Below, in pieces: positions 22,485 through 34,966 of a DNA stretch of 64,000 bases (the stretch's first letter is position 1; each line of letters begins with the position of its first letter). The stretch is from Podarcis erhardii. Taxonomy: Eukaryota. The stretch lies in assembly GCA_964252035.1 (NCBI GenBank), contig OZ176206.1, one strand, 5' to 3'. The position numbers were made by a program, and so were the translations under genes. The notes below the pieces were generated by a model that saw only the letters and a program-made list of their open reading frames with translations, did no database searches and was not told the origin of the DNA.

Positions 22485-24656
22485 CAAGAACTAACTTAGT
22501 TGGTCTTTAAGGTGCTACTGGAAGGAATTTTTTTATTTTGTTCTGAATCTTTCTGTTGGACTACTGTTGATGGTTATTGAATATTGTAAGTTTCCATCAT
22601 GCCACAGTACCTCCACAATATCCCACATTGCCCTCTGTGAGAGACTTGAGCTTCTCGTCATTTGTCTTCTGCACAGCCTTGCTGCTTGAGGCTTCATGGT
22701 GCTTGCAAGTATTTAGTGATTCCCAGGTGCTTCTTGTCAAAGCCCAAAGGGGAAGAGCAGAGAGTGAGAATGAGAATGAGAGTGTAGTGAGGAGGAAGTG
22801 GAGGCATGTAACACTTCTTCTGTGCCCAATGCCAGCTGGTAAATCACTCTCAGCACATCAAAGTGATATTAGATGTGCTATCTATCATTTCATGTATGTA
22901 CGTAACTTCTTTTTTTTACGGATAAGCCATGAACAAACTTTATAAATTAATTAGAGGGATTCACAGCCTTTCCCCCCTATCCTGACTTCCACATCCACCC
23001 CATGTTAGTTCCATTCTTCCTATATTGAGTTTGAATCTTTGCACTCCCTTGTTATGAGGGAAATGTGTGAACCAGCTATTCACTCAGTTTCATTGGTAAG
23101 TTGTGTTGCTAGAAATGCTTTCTTTATCTCAGCTTCATGGATAAGGATTATGACTTCAGCCTGTCCAAGTGGAATTTCCCAGTTGATATAACTACTGTGG
23201 AAAGCCAGCAAGCTTGTATCTTATCAATGACACATCCAAATTTCTTGCATCCATCTTTCTGCAACCCTTTTTTCCACTGGGAGAGAACGAAGGCTTATTT
23301 GGTATCACTGGTCTGACAGGTGCCAAATAGAGACTCAGAAGCTGCTGTCCTGTAATGAATTGGGAATTGTCTTTTGTGCAAAACTGAGGCTCTGCCAAGC
23401 ATTGGTCTGCCGGCTAACTATTCTGGCTAATCAAAACTCTGCCCAAATACAGTAATTATCTGCTTCACTTGTTCAGAATGCTTAAAAGCATTATTGTTTT
23501 GCTAATCAGGACAGTCTGTGAATTTTTTTCCAAAATGTTCCTGGTCCACTGGCCAATCTTTTGATATTGATGTCAGTCTCTTAGCCAATCTGATTTTCAC
23601 TTATTTCCATCTTATTTCCCCACCTTAAAAGAAAGGTTTGTTGTCTCCCAATAATTTGTTGCAGAGTGCTGTGCAAGCATGTTTTTTTCTTCAGGTCAGG
23701 TCAGAAAGCAGAAATATAATTATGAAGCATTTCTAGTTTACATAACTAGCTGGGCCTTCCGCTGTTGTGAAAATGGAAAGCAGAAGCTGGAGGCAGCTAT
23801 CTTGAATGCATGGGTTGAATTAGATTCTAGCAAGCGTGATGTTTCCTTCCTGCAGGCCTTCACAGCCCACCAACCTGAATCCAGGTCTTTCTGCAGCAGA
23901 ATGTCTCTGACAGGTATTTGACAGACAGCCTTGGTAGCCTACCGAGACAGGGTGGGGTGGGTTTACTGAGTTTCTGGTGGGCTGTATTGACTTGGTTTGC
24001 AGGCCATTCTGTGCCTTCTAGGATCATTTCTCCACCACCCTCTCCCTTGCCCTCCTTGCCTATTTCTAGTTTTAAAATGTGCCTGTAATCATTCTTTCTA
24101 GGCAAGCTTTTGAGAGAAGAAAGGAAACAGTCTTTATTTTGTTAGGAAATTTTTTGTGAGATTATAGAGGGATTTGTTTCTCATGGTGATTTCTCAAAGG
24201 CCATTCATTGCCTTTTGCCTCAGGAATGTGGCTAAAAATGCTACAGGCTAATTTTTTAAGCTAACATGAAGGAAGATCAGTGTAATACTCTTGATTGCCT
24301 TTTTTATGAAAGCATTTTGTATTATTGCTGTTTCTGGCTTCATGATTTATCATATGCTTTTTCTTGGAGTCGAGCACCACTTATGTTAGCTGCTTTTAAA
24401 CTGCAGGTGTCCACTGATAGAATTTCAGAGCTGGAGCAGAACGTGCTTGTTGGCTACCTGCCATTCTTTGGAGGGAAATGAGTCATGGGACTTAAAGGAA
24501 CGGCAAAAACCTGAGAGCAAAATTGTTGTAACACACGATAATATGGTTGATCATACCCTTTTTGTTTGAGGAGGAATTTAGACTGAGGAAGGAATAATTG
24601 GTATCCCAGGAGTTCAGTCCAATCATTTCATGTGCCCCCCAACACTGCCTGTAGCC

Positions 24657-25772
24657 TAGTGGTTCCCAAGGATTTTAGGGCCTCCACCACCGCACCCCCC
24701 CCCCATTTCCATAAACTCATCCCCAGTGCCCCTACCCTATAAAAAGATTATTTAGTATAACACACGGCATAACACTAAATTCCATATTCAGAGACGTATT
24801 GTCCTTGCAGTGTAGGATGGGTCAAGACCATTGCACATGTCTTGTTCTAATGTCCCTTTTATGCAGTAATCGGCCACAAATATTTGAGCCCCCTGCTGAA
24901 GTAGAGGTTAAATTGTTCTGACTCCTACAGGGTTTTCTTTTTTTTTGAATAGCTGCTGGCATGATCGTATGGAGGAAGTAGCAGAATATCTGAGCAACGC
25001 CATGAAACAGGGGTCAGCAAACTTTTTCAGCAGGGGGCCGGTCCACTGTCCCTCAGACGTTGTGGGAGGCGGGCAGGGCGGACTGCATTTTGAAGGGGAA
25101 AAAAATTGAACGAATTCCTATGCCCCACAAATAACCCAGAGATGCATTTTAAATAAATGCACACATTCTGTTCATGTAAAAACACCAAGCAGGCCCCACA
25201 AATAACCCAGAGATGCATTTTAAATAAAAGGACACATTCTACTCATGTAAAAACATGCTGATTCCCAGACCATCCGCAGGCTGGATTTAGAAGGCGATTG
25301 GGCCGGATCCGGCCCCTGGACCTTAGTTTGCCTACCCCTGCCATGAAACTACGTCGTCATAAGACCTGAGTGGTACTTTTTAACCTTACTAGGCCTGTGT
25401 AGTTTTATCTTAAAGCATCTCCTCCTGTGAACAGATGCCAATTTTATGTTTCGATTAATATATTCCAGTCTTCTCTATATGCCCATAAAGGTTGGTTGAT
25501 TGATTGATTGATTGAACATAACAGTTTATGTTAACCACTAAGGAAGAAAATAACACAATAAAATTCAAAACGGCAATGATTAGTTGCATATTTAATTCAA
25601 AACCCAATTAAAACTATTTACTTTAATTCAGCAAAATTGATTGATCCAGTGATACCAGCTTTTCAAGGTCTGATAGTCATTTACACCTCTAGCACCCCCT
25701 TGCCTCATAGCACCCCACTGTGTAATCTCACTGCCCCCCAGGGGGTGGTACTGCCCACTTTGAGGACCCCTG
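24657..25772 (+). mobile_element. hAT MITE (family of 34615-34966) split by about 750 bp of other sequence, including a nested MITE
   Basis: 24657-24760 matches the 5' part and 25540-25772 matches the 3' part of 34615-34966. Confidence 0.65.
25008..25340 (+). mobile_element. hAT MITE
   Basis: TIRs CAGGGGTCAGCAAACT / AGTTTGCCTACCCCTG; perfect 8-bp TSD ccatgaaa at 25000-25007 and 25341-25348; internal duplication of the ccccacaaataacccagagatgcattttaaataaa block. Confidence 0.92.
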
Positions 25773-27002
25773 ACCTATCCCCGGGTTTTTCTACTTCCTC
25801 TGTCCCTCAACTGCTCATGCAAAGGCAAAATGCTCTTTAACTTGCCCACCCAATGTGCATGCCGCCACCACCAGTCTGCCTTTGTTTTGCTTCTCTGGAG
25901 AGGAAGGAACTGAAGCGCCCTTTGTTTGTGTCTCAACTTATATAGAAGTGAGCTAAAGGAGAGAGCCATTGTTATTGTCCCCAGGTCATTTAAAAGTGAA
26001 CTCTCTTAACAATTCATTTGCTCCCCATGCGACTAACATATTGAAAGCCTGGTCTTCCCAGTCTTTCATTTCTCTCTTGCGCCCTTTACTTTCACAGCAA
26101 TATATACTTCCAAACAGCCTTATGCTAAAGGAAGATGATTTCCCCAAAGCTGTCCCATGTGCCACCTGCCTTATCACTGAGTCATAGAATGGTAGCATCC
26201 CAATTTCCAAAAAGCCACTTGTATGTTCTATATCTCCTGTATTGCTATATGACTTTTAACACACAGTCCATGCTCTCAGTATTTTAGATGAATGTTAGCC
26301 TCATATTAAGTTAGAACACATATTAAGTGTTTTAACTTCAGTGGTTCTAAAGTCGAAGCATTATTGCACAAAAGTCGGATAGTAAAGGGAGTTGGTTAAT
26401 TCACTCATGCAAAAAACAAGATGTAAGAGACTGTGTAAAGTGAGTTGTCAACAGAGGCAAACATCTCTGGACATTTTGCAAGTCATGTCCCTTTATAGAA
26501 AAGGGTTTTGGAGTAGCCTAAAAATGAGTATGTGAACTTAAAGTACCGTACATACCCAGATGGATGGAGCACTGGTTTGTTTTTGGAACATCTTTGGACA
26601 TTTTGATTGTATAAATCTGAGTTTGTGCAGTTATTTTGTGTGTGAATTAAATCATCCTTGTTCATTTATCAAAGGCAGTCTTTACACAGCTTTAATTTTA
26701 TTAACCCCAGTTTCAGACTGAAATTTGATCTGTGTTCACATCTGTACTTTTGATTAGATCCATTTTTTTATTGTGACCAGCTTTAAATTGTCATAATGTG
26801 TGTGTTTGTGTGTGCTTTTTTGAAAGGTTTACCTACAACCAAGTGCGTAGGCAAGGTTTTTGTTGTTGTTTTGCCTTTGTTTATTTATGTAAACAGCACC
26901 ATCACTCAGTTGGTGTGGTGCTTCAGGCTATGGTGTCAGATGGTAGGACCAGGGACCTTTGCAGTTTATCATCTGAAATTCCTCAGTGGGGAGGCAATAG
27001 AG

Positions 27003-27140
27003 CAATGTTCCCCAATCTGGTACCCTCCAGCTGTTTTGGGGTATAGCTGCCATCAGCCCTGACATCCTATGACTGTGCTGGCTGGGGCTCATGTGAGTTG
27101 AGCCCTAAGCATCTGGAGGGTACCAGGTTGATGAAGGGTG
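27003..27140. mobile_element. Short hairpin-type hAT MITE
   Basis: caatgttccccaatctggtaccctccag ... ctggagggtaccaggttgatgaagggtg long inverted termini; degenerate 8-bp TSD caatagag/cagtagaa. Confidence 0.75.
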
Positions 27141-27549
27141 CAGTAGAAGGAGAGGAGGAAGGTGGGAGTATGGCTAAAAGGGAATGAATATATGCAGTTC
27201 GAAACTCAGGGTTAGTTTCAGAAGAGTAAGTGGTAAAACTTCATTTTGAGTTTTAAGGAAGAACTGGGGCAGGTTGGCATCATCAGCCTTGAAAAGGGCT
27301 GAATATCTGTTTCAAGATTCCTGTCACCAGAATCAAATAGGCTTGAGGGGTTTTTCTGCTATGTTGTGAAGGGGGGAAAGACTGTGTCTGACTGTCTTCC
27401 TTAGGGCATCCTTGGACATTGGTTGAAATACTCAATGTAATTATCTTGTCATAAAACCTGGATTCTCGGTCAGGTTTATACACTGCAGCAAATGTCTTGT
27501 GGAATTGTATTGCAAATTTTTTACTGGTGTTTCATTTCTTTATTTCTAG

Positions 27550-27709
27550 GTGCCATAGAAGCACATGTTACTTACAGGACCTCATGCTCCGTTGTGAACT
27601 CCTGTGATGCTCTTCTGACTCCCTGAGGTGCCCTAGTTTTTAATTGAAAACCCTATCCCCGTACTAATAACTTAGTGACTACGTGAATTTTAGAGCATTG
27701 TGGGAAACA
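27550..27709 (+). other. SLC23A2: 5' UTR part of the first coding exon
   Basis: Pyrimidine-rich acceptor ttcatttctttatttctAG ends at 27549. An in-frame TAA at 27668-27670 precedes the ATG. The exon start is inferred, not transcript-proven. Confidence 0.7.
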
Positions 27710-27814
27710 ATGGGAATTGGCAAGAACACCACGTCTAAGTCAGTTGAAACTGGAAGTCCAACAGAGGGCAAATATGAGGATGAATCCAAGCATCCTGCTT
27801 TCTTCACACTACCA
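27710..27814 (+). CDS. SLC23A2: SVCT2 coding exon 1 ([35 protein letters not shown])
   Basis: ATG in strong Kozak context (ACAATGG); donor CCA|GTAAGT; 105 nt, phase 0. Confidence 0.96.
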
Positions 27815-29239
27815 GTAAGTTGCATACTCCAAAAAGTTGCCTTGCTTCCCTGTGGTGGCACAATGTAATCACAAGCTTGGCCATGATATCTGCTTCTGCT
27901 TCAATCATCGTTCTCAGCCAGGTATTTCTAGGCACTGATTCTCCAAAGTGTGCCCCGTGAGGTCCAGTTAAAAACTCCCATTGTGTGGAAAATGCATTTT
28001 ACAATAGCACAACTTTGAAAATAGCATGGGTCAGTGGTGACTTGTGATATGCCTTTCACAGAAAGCTTTACTCATCTTTATTTTTGGAGTAGAAGTTGGT
28101 TGTAAAAGTCATCTTTGTTGTAAAAGCCATCTTGCTAATCCGGTTCTTCAGAAAGAAAGAGCTCTGAATGTATTTTTAGTATGGAGAGGCGACTAAGAAA
28201 AAATAGTTCCATGGTTTAGAAATGAATTTTAGGGCTCTGTATGAAAGACTTTGTTCAGAATGCAGGTACAAATGTTGTGTGCACTGATTAGATTGCTCAA
28301 GCAATCGGACTCTTACTCTTTGAGTACAGTTGACTAGATAGGCTTTGAACTATTGCATGCAAATGCTGATGATGCTTATGACAATTTAGCCACAGGTTAC
28401 CAAACCACTTTCAAGTAATGCAATTCATCATTTGATGATATCTTGACATTGGTTCATTGCAACATGGAAACATGAACTTGCTGACCATGGTTATTTGTTA
28501 GTCTAATTGTCATTTCCAGTGTTTGAATAGTGTATTGAGGGGTTGTTCCACCTTTGTTCTGCCCTGTGTAAGACTGGACCAGAGGGTTTCTAGTCTGCTG
28601 TTACAGTCACTGTCTCCATACCAGCGCTGTTTGTATTAAGTCACAGGGGCTGATGTCTTTCTAATGTGTACATTTTGTTTCCTGTTGTGGCATAATGTGT
28701 ATATCTCTTTAAATTGATAATATACTGTTGACGGGTCCTGTGCTTATGCTGCAGTATTCCTGTTCTGTCTAGTACTGTGCCAAGTCTTTCAATAGCTCCT
28801 CCACCCCAGTTCAGGGAGGGGAGAAAACCCAAACATGCCCTAAAAATCGGTGAGGTGAAAATGAAGTTCAGATAATATTTTGTCTGGTTTGGGGCCGGTG
28901 GGGATGGGACAGTGCTTATCTTCTTTTCCTTTATGAAATGGCCAAAGCCCTTCAAAGAAAAATAAACATTGCACAAGTCAAAGTGCTGGGCACACTTGCT
29001 GCTGCAGGACCAGCAGCCAGCTCTCTCTGTCTCTTCCAGCCAGCCTCCCTTCCTTCCTCGGAGGCTCATGTGACTACCTGGCATGAAGAGAGCTGCATGC
29101 TGCTGCAGCAAGTGGTTACAGTGCTTTTACCTGCACTTTTTTTGCTTGTACATCAGCTGGCTCAAGCTGATGGGAGTTGGCTCTCGATGAATTCAGTACG
29201 TTGAAAATGTTGCGCTCTTCGTTGAGAATAATAATTCCT

Positions 29240-29489
29240 GTGCTTTGGAACAAGAAGGAGACAGATTAAAACTGCAGAGTTTTGATAAATTAAAAAACAA
29301 AGTACGAGACTGGCTTCACTACTATCAAATAAGGGAGGTTTATAATTTGGATAAGAAAATTGGTTTTCAGGCGGGAAAATCAAAATTGGAAACAGAATTG
29401 TTAGACCCTAAAACTAAGAATTTGTCAAGAATGTATAACTTGCTGTTGAAATGGAATACAGAGGGTGAAACGGTGAAATCAGTTATGAT
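29240..29489 (+). mobile_element. Internal L1 ORF2 fragment with no 3' end, abutting the exon 2 acceptor
   Basis: Aligns without gaps to the 20118-21281 ORF (32/81 aa identical by hand count); flanked by 8-bp direct repeat taattcct at 29232-29239 and 29490-29497. Confidence 0.85.
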
Positions 29490-29513
29490 TAATTCCTTTT
29501 TTCTTTTTCATAG

Positions 29514-29612
29514 GTTGTAATGAATGGTGGAGCTACATCAAGTGGCGATCAAGATACGGAAGATACAGAGCTTATGGCAATCTATACAACTGAAAATGGA
29601 ATTGCTGAAAAG
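29514..29612 (+). CDS. SLC23A2: SVCT2 coding exon 2 ([33 protein letters not shown])
   Basis: Acceptor ttttttctttttcatAG; donor AAG|GTATCT; 99 nt, phase 0/0. Confidence 0.96.
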
Positions 29613-32600
29613 GTATCTTTCTGGAGTAGATTCTAACATTGGCTCTGGTGCAGCCAAAGTTTGCTCATTTGCTCAGCTCGGGATGCTTCACACACACTGG
29701 AGTGATCTCCAGGTGAACACTTGGAGTATTTTTGGAGGGAAGCCATGGGAAGGTAACTCAGTGACTGCCAGGAGGAGAGCTTGAGTGCTGGTAGTGTGTG
29801 GAGATGATGGGGAATTGCCTGGAGAAGCAAGGTGGAGACTGTAATGGTGTTTTAAGGTTACATAAATTTATCTGTTCATAACCTTTGTGTATCTTCTCTG
29901 GCTTGTGGCAGGCAGCATAGCTGGAAAAAAGTTCACCATTACCAGAATGAAAAATAAAGTGTGGAGCAGCATTGTTGCATAGTCTAGGTCGATCACGATG
30001 AACAATAAATCTGATTCATGAAATCCTGTTTATTGCATAATTCTTATTACCATGTGATGGTTGGTTATATGGCACAGTCTGCCAAACATTTACAGACAGT
30101 GCTTTTCCCATTCCACTAACAATATCTATCAGTGGAAGTTATGGTTTCTCAAGAGACACACCCTGGATTCAGTAATCAGTATCCTGACAAGCAGTTATGA
30201 AGAGACCTTGACAATCCTGTGGAAGCTCTTCACTCTTCTCTTGTTATTCTCAGTTTGACATTTCTACTAATTTTGCTTGTTCTTTGTCTTTCTTGTGGTT
30301 CCCTGACATTATCCATGTCTTTTGTTAAGACTTCAAGGCAATGTCTTTAGATAACAGTAAAACCCATAAATTCTGCTTACAAAATTAATTAAGCAGCTTG
30401 TGTAGTCTACCAAAGAAATTTAATTTGCTGTATTCAGGTTTCTGCAGACTGGAAAATATTTCAGCAAGACAGGGAAATATAAAAAACAAGGAAGCAAGTT
30501 TCATTTCACAGAACCTTTCCCCCCTGAACCTTAATAAATTGATTTTTTGCCATCACACACTTCCCTCTGTGCAATTCCTTGTTGCAATATTTAAAATGAG
30601 AGTTAGGATTATCTGGTTTCCCTCAAGGCCTGCTGGATTCATAAAGAATCTTTTGGAACTACAAGTTGCCCTTTCTGATCTTACATGATCTGCAAAATTA
30701 CATTTAAAAGGAAAAAATAAGCTGAGAATCACCTTTATTTATTCTATATAAAGATAGTATTAGATGGGCGAGTTTCAGCATCACGTTCCCACCCCCTTTG
30801 CTTTCTAATGAATATACTAGAGTTTATAAAGGCTTTGAAATTTGCAATTTGAGTTAGAGAAAAGATGCAGTAAATAGGATGGAGAAAAGGGGGGGGGACA
30901 CTATCACTGATTACCTTTTAACTAATTTAATTTCCCTTATTTTCTATCCTTCCATAATTTAGATAAAGTGTTAAGGAAAGGTTTCTTTGATTAAGGGAAC
31001 ATTGATAATTCTTAGAGTGAAAGCATCTTTTGGAAAGACTGTACTTGAAAACTTTCATGTTTTGGGCCTTCATAATTTACCAGTGGATTTTAGGATTGTA
31101 CATCATTTCCCTCTGGGCTGAAGTAGATGATTTGATAATCAGTTTTACTATAGCTGCAGTTGTCTTGTTGCACAAACCTCCTTTTTCCATAGTCCAGCTA
31201 TAAACACTGAGCTTATTCAAGAAGGCAAAATGACTGAGCGTTTCTGTTTTTAATGCCGCCTTTGTTTCAGAGATTAATGTTGGCAGCCAGGGAGATGCAA
31301 GGGAAACGGTGCCAAAGTTGGACCACCTAGACTTCCAGGATTGTAGGTGGTGGCAATCATAAGGGGATTAGGCAACTGCCGCATGTGTAACTAATAGGAT
31401 AAAGTTATACAACTGGGTTACTGGACTCCGGATTCCAAGACACATATTTTGAATATCTGATATCGGTTAAGTAATATATTTGCTTGGTCTTCACTCTGAC
31501 TCGTAGGACAGAAGCAGCACATCTGCTGATACTGCAGCTGCTACCTTAATGCTGGGTCTGCTGCCTTTGTGATAGATTTATGTTATCATTCTTATTTTGA
31601 ACAAAGGTCTCCCACATCCTATCACTCATCAGCTCTTCCTACACAAGCCTGTTTGTTCCCTGTGATGTGAGGAAGAGTAGGAAACTGCTGCATTTTTCAT
31701 GCAGGAAATATCCAGTTTTAGAAAGGCATTGTTTTCATAAAATTAATTAGCAGGCTTATGTATTACAAGTAAAATTGGGCAACAGCAATGGGTACAGTGC
31801 TAGTCAGACTGAAAAATCAAAGTTGTAACTACTTTTTTCTTCAAGTGTCTCTACGGAACTTAGATTTACACGCACACCTGATTAGAATCTGATACTTTGT
31901 TTTAAAAAATCACTTAATATCTAAATATAAAGGAAGTGCACACTATTAAACTGTCATGCCTTAAAATATTTACATGTTTTCCAGTAAAACAGTTTCCAAC
32001 AATTTAGTTCAGTTACTTTTGGCTACTGGGAGGGGGGGGGCGGCTCTCAGCAAATGTGGGGGTCACAGAAAAGCTGTAGAAACCCGTCTTCATGCTGTTT
32101 TTATGTAGCATAACTAACACTATTTTGCTTCTGTACAACTGCTTGCTAAATTAATGCTCTTTGCTTCTAATTCAGATATTTATACAACAGATAAAATTAA
32201 CACATCACTCTAAGTTTCATTGACTTTAAAGTTTAAACTTTGTTTACGTAAAAAAAAGGTTTCGTCAAGCATGCTAACTTGGACCTCCATTGGTTTTAGA
32301 CAAGTGGAAAATGTTCTTGAAAATGGTTTAGAAAACTCATGTCATTAGCCTGTTACGCACAGAGTTTGTTTAACAAAGCACAAAGCACCTATGAGTTGTC
32401 CCACAGATGATCAAACAAACCATGGCTTGCTTTTCAAAAGATTGTTTTGTTTTTTCATCTGCTCTTTATATCTTGGTTACCATCTGAGGTGTGCAAAGAA
32501 ACCATGGTGAAGGAATGGTGATGGGTTTGCATGTAACACAAAGCCTTATATGAAAGCACACCAAGGTTCCTGAGCCAACGACAAACCCTGAAGTTAAGCC

Positions 32601-34277
32601 ACTGGGTAGAGTTTGGACAATTATATGCAAACCAAGCCACTTTTCTGCTCCCATCTTCAGCGGAGCTCCTGATATAGCCATAGGCTAGGATCCTAAAATC
32701 TTAAGCAAGTTCACAGAAGGGAAGTTTGACATCTTGCCCTCCTCCCTGAAAAGCCTCGGGCAGGTGGGGAGCATGTTGGAGGACCAGCCTGAATTATGTG
32801 GATGAGGTGTGGGGACTGCAAGAGAGAGATGGGGATAGAAAACCTTCCCTGTGTTACCTTTGGATCCACGTCTAATTTTGTTTGATTTCTTCCCCTCCCC
32901 CAGTAGCCTTGCTTCATCCCATGTTGTTCATGGGGAGTGCTAGACCTTCTAGGGAAGCACTGGGGAAAGCTTGGAGGGGGTGGTAGGAAATGTACTTTTG
33001 TTAATGTTCTTACCTTCTCTTAGGACCTAAGATATTGTCCTCAGAATGAGAATCAGAACTCCCTAAAGGATTTTCTTTTGGGGAGGGGGCTTGAGTTCTT
33101 CCTACTGTCTTTTTTCAACCAAAATGTGCATCCTGGGTGAGCTGTAAGACAGACTGCAAAGGTTCTGTGCTCCTTTACATTGAATTGGTAAATAGTGCTC
33201 TAGGTCTTCTGGAATTCTTGCTTCTCAAACCCTTCCTGAGGAAGCTTTAAGTTATGGGGTGTGTATGGTCTTGATCCCCTCTTTCTTTAGTTTTCCTGAT
33301 TATTCAGCATTGAAGACATATCTGCTGGAGACTGAGCTAGAGCTTCTCTTGAAAGTGTTTATTTAGGTTGCTTTTACCCCTTAGGCTACACTGCATGAGT
33401 TATGAGAGTCTAGCTCTTGATCAGTTATTTTTGGGGAAATGTTGTTGGCATTTTTGAGCCATGTGTTGGGATGAGCCAAGCTACTTTCTGTCTTCTTCCC
33501 CCTCCTGCTCCCTTAGAAGGGTGTAGCCTTGAAATACATTCTGCATTCTCATAAGTTTAACTGTAGAGCCGTTTCCAAATACAATAAACGTACATCCCTT
33601 TTTGAATGAGGCTCTTCTGTCATCACACAACCCCAAATTCTGCTTTGTTTGTTTGATCTTTGGCAAGTTGGAACAGCTTCCATCAGATCTGTGACGTCCC
33701 ACTCGTGGATGTTTGCCTTCAACCACACCTCTCCTCTTCTCTACATACAAAAGGAGTCCTGTGAGAAGTCATGGTAGTTGAAAGACATTAAGAACATAGC
33801 CTTCTGCACCCTCCTCTCTCACCACCAGTCTCGCTGTCAGTGACTGTGTCCCAGGAGAGGGAGAATGGGAGAGCTTCCCTGTAGGCAGGAGCTCTGTGAG
33901 GAGTGTTCCACAGATCTGACAAGATTGCCTGCTCCCTGTCACATGCTACTTTGATAAATCTGGCATTAGTACAACTAGGTGTAACTATCCTGCATAACAA
34001 GCCGTTTTCCTTCATTAGCATCTCATTCAGTTCAACTGATGTCAGCCATGCTGTGCTCAGGGTTGAGTTGTCATGGTTGAAATCACAACCACAGGGAAAA
34101 CTTGAAAGTTCCCGTCAAAACAAAACAAAGGAACTCTCCATTGCCTTTTACAGAAGTATGTGTTTTGTTATTAAATCGGCACTGGAGTGGAAATAAAAAT
34201 TCATCTGCTGCTGTAGTTTCAATTATTCTCTCTGATACTAAACATAACATTGACGAGTAAATGGGTTTGGTTTTGGG

Positions 34278-34421
34278 CAGTGCTTTTTTCTGGGGGGACG
34301 CAGGGGTTCGCATACCCCTAAGCATTTTGTGAACCCAAGTTTGACCTTATTGAGGGGCAGTTTTTCAATATGAGTAGGAAAATGAGAGTACCCCTAAACA
34401 TTTTTTTTTTTAGAAAAAAAG
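34278..34421. mobile_element. Degraded DNA-transposon MITE with CAGTGCTTTTTT terminus
   Basis: Left end cagtgcttttttct; right end agaaaaaaag (partial); internal repeat tacccctaa. Confidence 0.5.
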
Positions 34422-34614
34422 GATTAATTTTGGGTCTCCTGTTCAACAACCAAATATAAATAATCAGCCAAATATGGATTCAAGTCAGCATGGTAGTTAT
34501 ACAAGCCCTTCTTTCCACTGAGATTGGTAAATTGAAAACATCCCCCTGGCTGTGGCCAGTAAAAAGTATCTCTTAACAAATATTTTAAAATGACTTCTGT
34601 GGATAGAGCTAGGC

Positions 34615-34966
34615 CACTGGTTCCCAAACATTTTTTGGGCCACCGCCCCTTGGTTCCATAAATTCATCTCCAGTACCTGCTACCCTATAAAAAGCATTAT
34701 TCAGAAGGGCGGTTTGCACAACCCAATAAAGAAGAGAAAAACACAGTGAAATTCAAAACAGTAACAACCAGTTGTTCATTTATTCAGAATCCAATTTAAA
34801 CTGTTTCCTGTATTTACTGTAATTAATTCAACAAAACTGATGGACTTGATCCAGTGTGGCCAGTCTGATAGTCGTTTACACTTCTGGCACCCCTCTGCCT
34901 CTTAGTAGCCCCTGAGTGACCCCACTGGCCCCCAAGGGATGCTACTACTCTCTTTGGGAACCACTG
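34615..34966 (+). mobile_element. hAT MITE
   Basis: TIRs CA(C)TGGTTCCCAAA / TTTGGGAACCACTG; TSD degenerate. Confidence 0.8.

Larger units (their letters stand above)
22306..22542. mobile_element. Penelope-like element (PLE) terminal-repeat insertion, inverted arrangement
   Basis: 12-bp TSD ctgaatctttct at 22294-22305 and 22543-22554; ggtagccgtgttggtctg and gtagcaccttaaagac motifs typical of reptile PLE ends; 96-bp inverted arms. Confidence 0.85.

Noticed and set aside
27683-27709. GTG-initiated 9-aa N-terminal extension (MNFRALWET) of SVCT2
   Set aside because: Artefact of the ORF caller allowing GTG; homology starts at the strong-Kozak ATG at 27710.
28100-28136. Small tandem duplications (ttgtaaaagtcatctt x2 here; aaagatgtcatattct x2 at 50794-50825)
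   Set aside because: Ordinary slippage or repair duplications with no further structure.
28641-29111. 156-aa minus-strand ORF
   Set aside because: Low-complexity, no motif, no splice context; consistent with chance.
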